A stretch of 64,000 bases of DNA, from assembly GCA_964057225.1 (NCBI GenBank), contig OZ059900.1:12772001-12836000 (forward strand). Reading direction: 5' to 3'. Of this stretch, positions 24,301 to 39,874 are shown piece by piece (position 1 is the stretch's first letter; each line of letters starts with the position of its first letter). Source of the DNA: Auanema rhodensis. Taxonomy: Eukaryota; Animalia; Nematoda. Both the position numbers and the translations under genes were made by a program. Below the pieces are notes generated by a model, which was not told where the DNA came from, did not search any database, and saw nothing but the letters and a program-made list of their open reading frames with translations.

Positions 24301-27300
24301 ATATTTGATATATTATATATGTGGTAGATATACATTCATCATAAACAATACTTTTTAACAAAATCTTTTCACAATTTATTATTTTACAGAAATCAACAAC
24401 AGAAAAGAAAAATAATTTAGTCTCAATAATAAGAGTTAAAACATAACTAATATAAAACAGAAACCAAATAGTCTATAGATATGAAACATACGTGACAGTT
24501 ATCTGTTGAAGTTAATTAAGATTCTATTGTTAAGTTTACTTCAAATTTTAGTTTACTTATCATAAATTAATTCAAGTAATCAGAAGAGATTCTGATTTAT
24601 TTTCAAATTGATTCTTAGTTATCTTCTTAGTTACAATACTCATTCGTTAAAACTATCAATATTTGATATATTATATATGTGATAGATATACATTCATCAT
24701 AAACAATACTTTTTAACAAAATCTTTTCACAATTTATTATTTTACAGAAATCAACAACAGAAAAGAAAAATAATTTAGTCTCAATAATAAGAGTTAAAAC
24801 ATAACTAATATAAAACAGAAACCAAATAGTCTATAGATATGAAACATACGTGACAGTTATCTGTTGAAGTTAATTAAGATTCTATTGTTAAGTTTACTTC
24901 AAATTTTAGTTTACTTATCATAAATTAATTCAAGTAATCAGAAGAGATTCTGATTTATTTTCAAATTGATTCTTAGTTATCTTCTTAGTTACAATACTCA
25001 TTCGTTAAAACTATCAATATTTGATATATTATATATGTGATAGATATACATTCATCATAAACAATACTTTTTAACAAAATCTTTTCACAATTTATTATTT
25101 TACAGAAATCAACAACAGAAAAGAAAAATAATTTAGTCTCAATAATAAGAGTTAAAACATAACTAATATAAAACAGAAACCAAATAGTCTATAGATATGA
25201 AACATACGTGACAGTTATCTGTTGAAGTTAATTAAGATTCTATTGTTAAGTTTACTTCAAATTTTAGTTTACTTATCATAAATTAATTCAAGTAATCAGA
25301 AGAGATTCTGATTTATTTTCAAATTGATTCTTAGTTATCTTCTTAGTTACAATACTCATTCGTTAAAACTATCAATATTTGATATATTATATATGTGATA
25401 GATATACATTCATCATAAACAATACTTTTTAACAAAATCTTTTCACAATTTATTATTTTACAGAAATCAACAACAGAAAAGAAAAATAATTTAGTCTCAA
25501 TAATAAGAGTTAAAACATAACTAATATAAAACAGAAACCAAATAGTCTATAGATATGAAACATACGTGACAGTTATCTGTTGAAGTTAATTAAGATTCTA
25601 TTGTTAAGTTTACTTCAAATTTTAGTTTACTTATCATAAATTAATTCAAGTAATCAGAAGAGATTCTGATTTATTTTCAAATTGATTCTTAGTTATCTTC
25701 TTAGTTACAATACTCATTCGTTAAAACTATCAATATTTGATATATTATATATGTGATAGATATACATTCATCATAAACAATACTTTTTAACAAAATCTTT
25801 TCACAATTTATTATTTTACAGAAATCAACAACAGAAAAGAAAAATAATTTAGTCTCAATAATAAGAGTTAAAACATAACTAATATAAAACAGAAACCAAA
25901 TAGTCTATAGATATGAAACATACGTGACAGTTATCTGTTGAAGTTAATTAAGATTCTATTGTTAAGTTTACTTCAAATTTTAGTTTACTTATCATAAATT
26001 AATTCAAGTAATCAGAAGAGATTCTGATTTATTTTCAAATTGATTCTTAGTTATCTTCTTAGTTACAATACTCATTCGTTAAAACTATCAATATTTGATA
26101 TATTATATATGTGATAGATATACATTCATCATAAACAATACTTTTTAACAAAATCTTTTCACAATTTATTATTTTACAGAAATCAACAACAGAAAAGAAA
26201 AATAATTTAGTCTCAATAATAAGAGTTAAAACATAACTAATATAAAACAGAAACCAAATAGTCTATAGATATGAAACATACGTGACAGTTATCTGTTGAA
26301 GTTAATTAAGATTCTATTGTTAAGTTTACTTCAAATTTTAGTTTACTTATCATAAATTAATTCAAGTAATCAGAAGAGATTCTGATTTATTTTCAAATTG
26401 ATTCTTAGTTATCTTCTTAGTTACAATACTCATTCGTTAAAACTATCAATATTTGATATATTATATATGTGATAGATATACATTCATCATAAACAATACT
26501 TTTTAACAAAATCTTTTCACAATTTATTATTTTACAGAAATCAACAACAGAAAAGAAAAATAATTTAGTCTCAATAATAAGAGTTAAAACATAACTAATA
26601 TAAAACAGAAACCAAATAGTCTATAGATATGAAACATACGTGACAGTTATCTGTTGAAGTTAATTAAGATTCTATTGTTAAGTTTACTTCAAATTTTAGT
26701 TTACTTATCATAAATTAATTCAAGTAATCAGAAGAGATTCTGATTTATTTTCAAATTGATTCTTAGTTATCTTCTTAGTTACAATACTCATTCGTTAAAA
26801 CTATCAATATTTGATATATTATATATGTGATAGATATACATTCATCATAAACAATACTTTTTAACAAAATCTTTTCACAATTTATTATTTTACAGAAATC
26901 AACAACAGAAAAGAAAAATAATTTAGTCTCAATAATAAGAGTTAAAACATAACTAATATAAAACAGAAACCAAATAGTCTATAGATATGAAACATACGTG
27001 ACAGTTATCTGTTGAAGTTAATTAAGATTCTATTGTTAAGTTTACTTCAAATTTTAGTTTACTTATCATAAATTAATTCAAGTAATCAGAAGAGATTCTG
27101 ATTTATTTTCAAATTGATTCTTAGTTATCTTCTTAGTTACAATACTCATTCGTTAAAACTATCAATATTTGATATATTATATATGTAATAGATATACATT
27201 CATCATAAACAATACTTTTTAACAAAATCTTTTCACAATTTATTATTTTACAGAAATCAACAACAGAAAAGAAAAATAATTTAGTCTCAATAATAAGAGT

Positions 27301-30300
27301 TAAAACATAACTAATATAAAACAGAAACCAAATAGTCTATAGATATGAAACATACGTGACAGTTATCTGTTGAAGTTAATTAAGATTCTATTGTTAAGTT
27401 TACTTCAAATTTTAGTTTACTTATCATAAATTAATTCAAGTAATCAGAAGAGATTCTGATTTATTTTCAATTAGATTCTTAGTTATCTTCTTAGTTACAA
27501 TACTCATTCGTTAAAACTATCAATATTTGATATATTATATATGTAATAGATATACATTCATCATAAACAATACTTTTTAACAAAATCTTTTCACAATTTA
27601 TTATTTTACAGAAATCAACAACAGAAAAGAAAAATAATTTAGTCTCAATAATAAGAGTTAAAACATAACTAATATAAAACAGAAACCAAATAGTCTATAG
27701 ATATGAAACATACGTGACAGTTATCTGTTGAAGTTAATTAAGATTCTATTGTTAAGTTTACTTCAAATTTTAGTTTACTTATCATAAATTAATTCAAGTA
27801 ATCAGAAGAGATTCTGATTTATTTTCAAATTGATTCTTAGTTATCTTCTTAGTTACAATACTCATTCGTTAAAACTATCAATATTTGATATATTATATAT
27901 GTAATAGATATACATTCATCATAAACAATACTTTTTAACAAAATCTTTTCACAATTTATTATTTTACAGAAATCAACAACAGAAAAGAAAAATAATTTAG
28001 TCTCAATAATAAGAGTTAAAACATAACTAATATAAAACAGAAACCAAATAGTCTATAGATATGAAACATACGTGACAGTTATGTGTTGAAGTTAATTAGG
28101 ATTCTATTGTTAAGTTTACTTCAAATTTTAGTTTACTTATCATAAATTAATTCAAGTAATCAGAAGAGATTCTGATTTATTTTCAAATTGATTCTTAGTT
28201 ATCTTCTTAGTTACAATACTCATTCGTTAAAACTATCAATATTTGATATATTATATATGTAATAGATATACATTCATCATAAACAATACTTTTTAACAAA
28301 ATCTTTTCACAATTTATTATTTTACAGAAATCAACAACAGAAAAGAAAAATAATTTAGTCTCAATAATAAGAGTTAAAACATAACTAATATAAAACAGAA
28401 ACCAAATAGTCTATAGATATGAAACATACGTGACAGTTATCTGTTGAAGTTAATTAAGATTCTATTGTTAAGTTTACTTCAAATTTTAGTTTACTTATCA
28501 TAAATTAATTCAAGTAATCAGAAGAGATTCTGATTTATTTTCAAATTGATTCTTAGTTATCTTCTTAGTTACAATACTCATTCGTTAAAACTATCAATAT
28601 TTGATATATTATATATGTAATAGATATACATTCATCATAAACAATACTTTTTAACAAAATCTTTTCACAATTTATTATTTTACAGAAATCAACAACAGAA
28701 AAGAAAAATAATTTAGTCTCAATAATAAGAGTTAAAACATAACTAATATAAAACAGAAACCAAATAGTCTATAGATATGAAACATACGTGACAGTTATCT
28801 GTTGAAGTTAATTAAGATTCTATTGTTAAGTTTACTTCAAATTTTAGTTTACTTATCATAAATTAATTCAAGTAATCAGAAGAGATTCTGATTTATTTTC
28901 AAATTGATTCTTAGTTATCTTCTTAGTTACAATACTCATTCGTTAAAACTATCAATATTTGATATATTATATATGTAATAGATATACATTCATCATAAAC
29001 AATACTTTTTAACAAAATCTTTTCACAATTTATTATTTTACAGAAATCAACAACAGAAAAGAAAAATAATTTAGTCTCAATAATAAGAGTTAAAACATAA
29101 CTAATATAAAACAGAAACCAAATAGTCTATAGATATGAAACATACGTGACAGTTATGTGTTGAAGTTAATTAGGATTCTATTGTTAAGTTTACTTCAAAT
29201 TTTAGTTTACTTATCATAAATTAATTCAAGTAATCAGAAGAGATTCTGATTTATTTTCAATTAGATTCTTAGTTATCTTCTTAGTTTCAATACTCATTCG
29301 TTAAAACTATCAATATTTGATATATTATATATGTATTAGATATACATTCAGCATAAACAATACTTTTTAACAAAATCTTTTCACAATTTATTATTTTACA
29401 GAAATCAACAACAGAAAAGAAAAATAATTTAGTCTCAATAATAAGAGTTAAAACATAACTAATATAAAACAGAAACCAAATAAGCTATAGATATGAAGCA
29501 TACGTGACAGTTATCTGTTGAAGTTAATTAGGATTCTATTGTTAAGTTTACTTCAAATTTTAGTTTACTTATCATAAATTAATTCAAGTAATCAGAAGAG
29601 ATTCTGATTTATTTTCAAATTGATTCTTAGTTATCTTCTTAGTTACAATACTCATTCGTTAAAACTATCAATATTTGATATATTATATATGTAATAGATA
29701 TACATTCATCATAAACAATACTTTTTAACAAAATCTTTTCACAATTTATTATTTTACAGAAATCAACAACAGAAAAGAAAAATAATTTAGTCTCAATAAT
29801 AAGAGTTAAAACATAACTAATATAAAACAGAAACCAAATAGTCTATAGATATGAAACATACGTGACAGTTATCTGTTGAAGTTAATTAAGATTCTATTGT
29901 TAAGTTTACTTCAAATTTTAGTTTACTTATCATAAATTAATTCAAGTAATCAGAAGAGATTCTGATTTATTTTCAAATTGATTCTTAGTTATCTTCTTAG
30001 TTACAATACTCATTCGTTAAAACTATCAATATTTGATATATTATATATGTAATAGATATACATTCATCATAAACAATACTTTTTAACAAAATCTTTTCAC
30101 AATTTATTATTTTACAGAAATCAACAACAGAAAAGAAAAATAATTTAGTCTCAATAATAAGAGTTAAAACATAACTAATATAAAACAGAAACCAAATAGT
30201 CTATAGATATGAAACATACGTGACAGTTATCTGTTGAAGTTAATTAAGATTCTATTGTTAAGTTTACTTCAAATTTTAGTTTACTTATCATAAATTAATT

Positions 30301-33300
30301 CAAGTAATCAGAAGAGATTCTGATTTATTTTCAAATTGATTCTTAGTTATCTTCTTAGTTACAATACTCATTCGTTAAAACTATCAATATTTGATATATT
30401 ATATATGTAATAGATATACATTCATCATAAACAATACTTTTTAACAAAATCTTTTCACAATTTATTATTTTACAGAAATCAACAACAGAAAAGAAAAATA
30501 ATTTAGTCTCAATAATAAGAGTTAAAACATAACTAATATAAAACAGAAACCAAATAGTCTATAGATATGAAACATACGTGACAGTTATCTGTTGAAGTTA
30601 ATTAAGATTCTATTGTTAAGTTTACTTCAAATTTTAGTTTACTTATCATAAATTAATTCAAGTAATCAGAAGAGATTCTGATTTATTTTCAAATTGATTC
30701 TTAGTTATCTTCTTAGTTACAATACTCATTCGTTAAAACTATCAATATTTGATATATTATATATGTAATAGATATACATTCATCATAAACAATACTTTTT
30801 AACAAAATCTTTTCACAATTTATTATTTTACAGAAATCAACAACAGAAAAGAAAAATAATTTAGTCTCAATAATAAGAGTTAAAACATAACTAATATAAA
30901 ACAAAAACCAAATAGTCTATAGATATGAAACATACGTGACAGTTATCTGTTGAAGTTAATTAAGATTCTATTGTTAAGTTTACTTCAAATTTTAGTTTAC
31001 TTATCATAAATTAATTCAAGTAATCAGAAGAGATTCTGATTTATTTTCAAATTGATTCTTAGTTATCTTCTTAGTTACAATACTCATTCGTTAAAACTAT
31101 CAATATTTGATATATTATATATGTAATAGATATACATTCATCATAAACAATACTTTTTAACAAAATCTTTTCACAATTTATTATTTTACAGAAATCAACA
31201 ACAGAAAAGAAAAATAATTTAGTCTCAATAATAAGAGTTAAAACATAACTAATATAAAACAGAAACCAAATAGTCTATAGATATGAAACATACGTGACAG
31301 TTATCTGTTGAAGTTAATTAAGATTCTATTGTTAAGTTTACTTCAAATTTTAGTTTACTTATCATAAATTAATTCAAGTAATCAGAAGAGATTCTGATTT
31401 ATTTTCAAATTGATTCTTAGTTATCTTCTTAGTTACAATACTCATTCGTTAAAACTATCAATATTTGATATATTATATATGTAATAGATATACATTCATC
31501 ATAAACAATACTTTTTAACAAAATCTTTTCACAATTTATTATTTTACAGAAATCAACAACAGAAAAGAAAAATAATTTAGTCTCAATAATAAGAGTTAAA
31601 ACATAACTAATATAAAACAGAAACCAAATAGTCTATAGATATGAAACATACGTGACAGTTATCTGTTGAAGTTAATTAAGATTCTATTGTTAAGTTTACT
31701 TCAAATTTTAGTTTACTTATCATAAATTAATTCAAGTAATCAGAAGAGATTCTGATTTATTTTCAAATTGATTCTTAGTTATCTTCTTAGTTACAATACT
31801 CATTCGTTAAAACTATCAATATTTGATATATTATATATGTAATAGATATACATTCATCATAAACAATACTTTTTAACAAAATCTTTTCACAATTTATTAT
31901 TTTACAGAAATCAACAACAGAAAAGAAAAATAATTTAGTCTCAATAATAAGAGTTAAAACATAACTAATATAAAACAGAAACCAAATAGTCTATAGATAT
32001 GAAACATACGTGACAGTTATCTGTTGAAGTTAATTAAGATTCTATTGTTAAGTTTACTTCAAATTTTAGTTTACTTATCATAAATTAATTCAAGTAATCA
32101 GAAGAGATTCTGATTTATTTTCAAATTGATTCTTAGTTATCTTCTTAGTTACAATACTCATTCGTTAAAACTATCAATATTTGATATATTATATATGTAA
32201 TAGATATACATTCATCATAAACAATACTTTTTAACAAAATCTTTTCACAATTTATTATTTTACAGAAATCAACAACAGAAAAGAAAAATAATTTAGTCTC
32301 AATAATAAGAGTTAAAACATAACTAATATAAAACAGAAACCAAATAGTCTATAGATATGAAACATACGTGACAGTTATCTGTTGAAGTTAATTAAGATTC
32401 TATTGTTAAGTTTACTTCAAATTTTAGTTTACTTATCATAAATTAATTCAAGTAATCAGAAGAGATTCTGATTTATTTTCAAATTGATTCTTAGTTATCT
32501 TCTTAGTTACAATACTCATTCGTTAAAACTATCAATATTTGATATATTATATATGTAATAGATATACATTCATCATAAACAATACTTTTTAACAAAATCT
32601 TTTCACAATTTATTATTTTACAGAAATCAACAACAGAAAAGAAAAATAATTTAGTCTCAATAATAAGAGTTAAAACATAACTAATATAAAACAGAAACCA
32701 AATAGTCTATAGATATGAAACATACGTGACAGTTATGTGTTGAAGTTAATTAGGATTCTATTGTTAAGTTTACTTCAAATTTTAGTTTACTTATCATAAA
32801 TTAATTCAAGTAATCAGAAGAGATTCTGATTTATTTTCAAATTGATTCTTAGTTATCTTCTTAGTTACAATACTCATTCGTTAAAACTATCAATATTTGA
32901 TATATTATATATGTAATAGATATACATTCATCATAAACAATACTTTTTAACAAAATCTTTTCACAATTCATTATTTTACAGAAATCAACAACAGAAAAGA
33001 AAAATAATTTAGTCTCAATAATAAGAGTTAAAACATAACTAATATAAAACAGAAACCAAATAGTCTATAGATATGAAACATACGTGACAGTTATGTGTTG
33101 AAGTTAATTAGGATTCTATTGTTAAGTTTACTTCAAATTTTAGTTTACTTATCATAAATTAATTCAAGTAATCAGAAGAGATTCTGATTTATTTTCAAAT
33201 TGATTCTTAGTTATCTTCTTAGTTACAATACTCATTCGTTAAAACTATCAATATTTGATATATTATATATGTAATAGATATACATTCATCATAAACAATA

Positions 33301-36300
33301 CTTTTTAACAAAATCTTTTCACAATTTATTATTTTACAGAAATCAACAACAGAAAAGAAAAATAATTTAGTCTCAATAATAAGAGTTAAAACATAACTAA
33401 TATAAAACAGAAACCAAATAGTCTATAGATATGAAACATACGTGACAGTTATGTGTTGAAGTTAATTAGGATTCTATTGTTAAGTTTACTTCAAATTTTA
33501 GTTTACTTATCATAAATTAATTCAAGTAATCAGAAGAGATTCTGATTTATTTTCAATTAGATTCTTAGTTATCTTCTTAGTTACAATACTCATTCGTTAA
33601 AACTATCAATATTTGATATATTATATATGTAATAGATATACATTCATCATAAACAATACTTTTTAACAAAATCTTTTCACAATTTATTATTTTACAGAAA
33701 TCAACAACAGAAAAGAAAAATAATTTAGTCTCAATAATAAGAGTTAAAACATAACTAATATAAAACAGAAACCAAATAAGCTATAGATATGAAGCATACG
33801 TGACAGTTATCTGTTGAAGTTAATTAGGATTCTATTGTTAAGTTTACTTCAAATTTTAGTTTACTTATCATAAATTAATTCAAGTAATCAGAAGAGATTC
33901 TGATTTATTTTCAAATTGATTCTTAGTTATCTTCTTAGTTACAATACTCATTCGTTAAAACTATCAATATTTGATATATTATATATGTAATAGATATACA
34001 TTCATCATAAACAATACTTTTTAACAAAATCTTTTCACAATTTATTATTTTACAGAAATCAACAACAGAAAAGAAAAATAATTTAGTCTCAATAATAAGA
34101 GTTAAAATATAACTAATATAAAACAGAAACCAAATAAGCTATAGATATGAAGCATACGTGACAGTTATCTGTTGAAGTTAATTAAGATTCTATTGTTAAG
34201 TTTACTTCAAATTTAGGTTTTCTTATGATAAATTAATTCAAGTAATCAGAAGAGATTCTGATTTATTTTCAAATTGATTCTTAGTTATCTTCTTAGTTAC
34301 AATACTCATTCGTTAAAACTATCAATATTTGATATATTATATATGTAATAGATATACATTCATCATAAACAATACTTTTTAACAAAATCTTTTCACAATT
34401 TATTATTTTACAGAAATCAACAACAGAAAAGAAAAATAATTTAGTCTCAATAATAAGAGTTAAAACATAACTAATATAAAACAGAAACCAAATAGTCTAT
34501 AGATATGAAACATACGTGACAGTTATCTGTTGAAGTTAATTAAGATTCTATTGTTAAGTTTACTTCAAATTTAGGTTTTCTTATGATAAATTAATTCAAG
34601 TAATCAGAAGAGATTCTGATTTATTTTCAAATTGATTCTTAGTTATCTTCTTAGTTACAATACTCATTCGTTAAAACTATCAATATTTGATATATTATAT
34701 ATGTAATAGATATACATTCATCATAAACAATACTTTTTAACAAAATCTTTTCACAATTTATTATTTTACAGAAATCAACAACAGAAAAGAAAAATAATTT
34801 AGTCTCAATAATAAGAGTTAAAACATAACTAATATAAAACAGAAACCAAATAGTCTATAGATATGAAACATACGTGACAGTTATCTGTTGAAGTTAATTA
34901 AGATTCTATTGTTAAGTTTACTTCAAATTTAGGTTTTCTTATGATAAATTAATTCAAGTAATCAGAAGAGATTCTGATTTATTTTCAAATTGATTCTTAG
35001 TTATCTTCTTAGTTACAATACTCATTCGTTAAAACTATCAATATTTGATATATTATATATGTAATAGATATACATTCATCATAAACAATACTTTTTAACA
35101 AAATCTTTTCACAATTTATTATTTTACAGAAATCAACAACAGAAAAGAAAAATAATTTAGTCTCAATAATAAGAGTTAAAACATAACTAATATAAAACAG
35201 AAACCAAATAGTCTATAGATATGAAACATACGTGACAGTTATCTGTTGAAGTTAATTAAGATTCTATTGTTAAGTTTACTTCAAATTTAGGTTTTCTTAT
35301 GATAAATTAATTCAAGTAATCAGAAGAGATTCTGATTTATTTCCAAATTGATTCTTAGTTATCTTCTTAGTTACAATACTCATTCGTTAAAACTATCAAT
35401 ATTTGATATATTATATATGTAATAGATATACATTCATCATAAACAATACTTTTTAACAAAATCTTTTCACAATTTATTATTTTACAGAAATCAACAACAG
35501 AAAAGAAAAATAATTTAGTCTCAATAATAAGAGTTAAAACATAACTAATATAAAACAGAAACCAAATAGTCTATAGATATGAAACATACGTGACAGTTAT
35601 GTGTTGAAGTTAATTAGGATTCTATTGTTAAGTTTACTTCAAATTTTAGTTTACTTATCATAAATTAATTCAAGTAATCAGAAGAGATTCTGATTTATTT
35701 TCAAATTGATTCTTAGTTATCTTCTTAGTTACAATACTCATTCGTTAAAACTATCAATATTTGATATATTATATATGTAATAGATATACATTCATCATAA
35801 ACAATACTTTTTAACAAAATCTTTTCACAATTTATTATTTTACAGAAATCAACAACAGAAAAGAAAAATAATTTAGTCTCAATAATAAGAGTTAAAACAT
35901 AACTAATATAAAACAGAAACCAAATAAGCTATAGATATGAAGCATACGTGACAGTTATCTGTTGAAGTTAATTAGGATTCTATTGTTAAGTTTACTTCAA
36001 ATTTTAGTTTACTTATCATAAATTAATTCAAGTAATCAGAAGAGATTCTGATTTATTTTCAAATTGATTCTTAGTTATCTTCTTAGTTACAATACTCATT
36101 CGTTAAAACTATCAATATTTGATATATTATATATGTAATAGATATACATTCATCATAAACAATACTTTTTAACAAAATCTTTTCACAATTTATTATTTTA
36201 CAGAAATCAACAACAGAAAAGAAAAATAATTTAGTCTCAATAATAAGAGTTAAAACATAACTAATATAAAACAGAAACCAAATAAGCTATAGATATGAAG

Positions 36301-37010
36301 CATACGTGACAGTTATCTGTTGAAGTTAATTAGGATTCTATTGTTAAGTTTACTTCAAATTTTAGTTTACTTATCATAAATTAATTCAAGTAATCAGAAG
36401 AGATTCTGATTTATTTTCAAATTGATTCTTAGTTATCTTCTTAGTTACAATACTCATTCGTTAAAACTATCAATATTTGATATATTATATATGTAATAGA
36501 TATACATTCATCATAAACAATACTTTTTAACAAAATCTTTTCACAATTTATTATTTTACAGAAATCAACAACAGAAAAGAAAAATAATTTAGTCTCAATA
36601 ATAAGAGTTAAAACATAACTAATATAAAACAGAAACCAAATAGTCTATAGATATGAAACATACGTGACAGTTATGTGTTGAAGTTAATTAGGATTCTATT
36701 GTTAAGTTTACTTCAAATTTTAGTTTACTTATCATAAATTAATTCAAGTAATCAGAAGAGATTCTGATTTATTTTCAAATTGATTCTTAGTTATCTTCTT
36801 AGTTACAATACTCATTCGTTAAAACTATCAATATTTGATATATTATATATGTAATAGATATACATTCATCATAAACAATACTTTTTAACAAAATCTTTTC
36901 ACAATTTATTATTTTACAGAAATCAACAACAGAAAAGAAAAATAATTTAGTCTCAATAATAAGAGTTAAAACATAACTAATATAAAACAGAAACCAAATA
37001 GTCTATAGAT

Positions 37011-39874
37011 ATGAAACATACGTGACAGTTATGTGTTGAAGTTAATTAGGATTCTATTGTTAAGTTTACTTCAAATTTTAGTTTACTTATCATAAATTAA
37101 TTCAAGTAATCAGAAGAGATTCTGATTTATTTTCAAATTGATTCTTAGTTATCTTCTTAGTTACAATACTCATTCGTTAAAACTATCAATATTTGATATA
37201 TTATATATGTAATAGATATACATTCATCATAAACAATACTTTTTAACAAAATCTTTTCACAATTTATTATTTTACAGAAATCAACAACAGAAAAGAAAAA
37301 TAATTTAGTCTCAATAATAAGAGTTAAAACATAACTAATATAAAACAGAAACCAAATAAGCTATAGATATGAAGCATACGTGACAGTTATCTGTTGAAGT
37401 TAATTAGGATTCTATTGTTAAGTTTACTTCAAATTTTAGTTTACTTATCATAAATTAATTCAAGTAATCAGAAGAGATTCTGATTTATTTTCAAATTGAT
37501 TCTTAGTTATCTTCTTAGTTACAATACTCATTCGTTAAAACTATCAATATTTGATATATTATATATGTAATAGATATACATTCATCATAAACAATACTTT
37601 TTAACAAAATCTTTTCACAATTTATTATTTTACAGAAATCAACAACAGAAAAGAAAAATAATTTAGTCTCAATAATAAGAGTTAAAACATAACTAATATA
37701 AAACAGAAACCAAATAGTCTATAGATATGAAACATACGTGACAGTTATGTGTTGAAGTTAATTAGGATTCTATTGTTAAGTTTACTTCAAATTTTAGTTT
37801 ACTTATCATAAATTAATTCAAGTAATCAGAAGAGATTCTGATTTATTTTCAAATTGATTCTTAGTTATCTTCTTAGTTACAATACTCATTCGTTAAAACT
37901 ATCAATATTTGATATATTATATATGTAATAGATATACATTCATCATAAACAATACTTTTTAACAAAATCTTTTCACAATTTATTATTTTACAGAAATCAA
38001 CAACAGAAAAGAAAAATAATTTAGTCTCAATAATAAGAGTTAAAACATAACTAATATAAAACAGAAACCAAATAAGCTATAGATATGAAGCATACGTGAC
38101 AGTTATCTGTTGAAGTTAATTAGGATTCTATTGTTAAGTTTACTTCAAATTTTAGTTTACTTATCATAAATTAATTCAAGTAATCAGAAGAGATTCTGAT
38201 TTATTTTCAAATTGATTCTTAGTTATCTTCTTAGTTACAATACTCATTCGTTAAAACTATCAATATTTGATATATTATATATGTAATAGATATACATTCA
38301 TCATAAACAATACTTTTTAACAAAATCTTTTCACAATTTATTATTTTACAGAAATCAACAACAGAAAAGAAAAATAATTTAGTCTCAATAATAAGAGTTA
38401 AAACATAACTAATATAAAACAGAAACCAAATAGTCTATAGATATGAAACATACGTGACAGTTATGTGTTGAAGTTAATTAGGATTCTATTGTTAAGTTTA
38501 CTTCAAATTTTAGTTTACTTATCATAAATTAATTCAAGTAATCAGAAGAGATTCTGATTTATTTTCAAATTGATTCTTAGTTATCTTCTTAGTTACAATA
38601 CTCATTCGTTAAAACTATCAATATTTGATATATTATATATGTAATAGATATACATTCATCATAAACAATACTTTTTAACAAAATCTTTTCACAATTTATT
38701 ATTTTACAGAAATCAACAACAGAAAAGAAAAATAATTTAGTCTCAATAATAAGAGTTAAAACATAACTAATATAAAACAGAAACCAAATAAGCTATAGAT
38801 ATGAAGCATACGTGACAGTTATCTGTTGAAGTTAATTAGGATTCTATTGTTAAGTTTACTTCAAATTTTAGTTTACTTATCATAAATTAATTCAAGTAAT
38901 CAGAAGAGATTCTGATTTATTTTCAAATTGATTCTTAGTTATCTTCTTAGTTACAATACTCATTCGTTAAAACTATCAATATTTGATATATTATATATGT
39001 AATAGATATACATTCATCATAAACAATACTTTTTAACAAAATCTTTTCACAATTTATTATTTTACAGAAATCAACAACAGAAAAGAAAAATAATTTAGTC
39101 TCAATAATAAGAGTTAAAACATAACTAATATAAAACAGAAACCAAATAGTCTATAGATATGAAACATACGTGACAGTTATGTGTTGAAGTTAATTAGGAT
39201 TCTATTGTTAAGTTTACTTCAAATTTTAGTTTACTTATCATAAATTAATTCAAGTAATCAGAAGAGATTCTGATTTATTTTCAAATTGATTCTTAGTTAT
39301 CTTCTTAGTTACAATACTCATTCGTTAAAACTATCAATATTTGATATATTATATATGTAATAGATATACATTCATCATAAACAATACTTTTTAACAAAAT
39401 CTTTTCACAATTTATTATTTTACAGAAATCAACAACAGAAAAGAAAAATAATTTAGTCTCAATAATAAGAGTTAAAACATAACTAATATAAAACAGAAAC
39501 CAAATAAGCTATAGATATGAAGCATACGTGACAGTTATCTGTTGAAGTTAATTAGGATTCTATTGTTAAGTTTACTTCAAATTTTAGTTTACTTATCATA
39601 AATTAATTCAAGTAATCAGAAGAGATTCTGATTTATTTTCAAATTGATTCTTAGTTATCTTCTTAGTTTCAATACTCATTCGTTAAAACTATCAATATTT
39701 GATATATTATATATGTAATAGATATACATTCATCATAAACAATACTTTTTAACAAAATCTTTTCACAATTTATTATTTTACAGAAATCAACAACAGAAAA
39801 GAAAAATAATTTAGTCTCAATAATAAGAGTTAAAACATAACTAATATAAAACAGAAACCAAATAGTCTATAGAT
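37011..39874. repeat. Local dimeric higher-order repeat (716 bp x4) within the satellite
   Basis: Units at 37011, 37727, 38443 and 39159 carry TTATGTGTTG and end in AAGCTATAG. Units at 37369, 38085, 38801 and 39517 carry GAAGCATAC/TTATCTGTTG and end in AGTCTATAG. The alternation is strict. Confidence 0.85.

Noticed and set aside
30713-30904. 63-aa minus-strand ORF in the ORF track
   Set aside because: It is satellite sequence. It is called only because a private G>A SNP at 30904 creates a TTG start. The frame is closed by TAG a few codons upstream, is broken by a stop in TTTAATA-type units, and has no recognisable domain.
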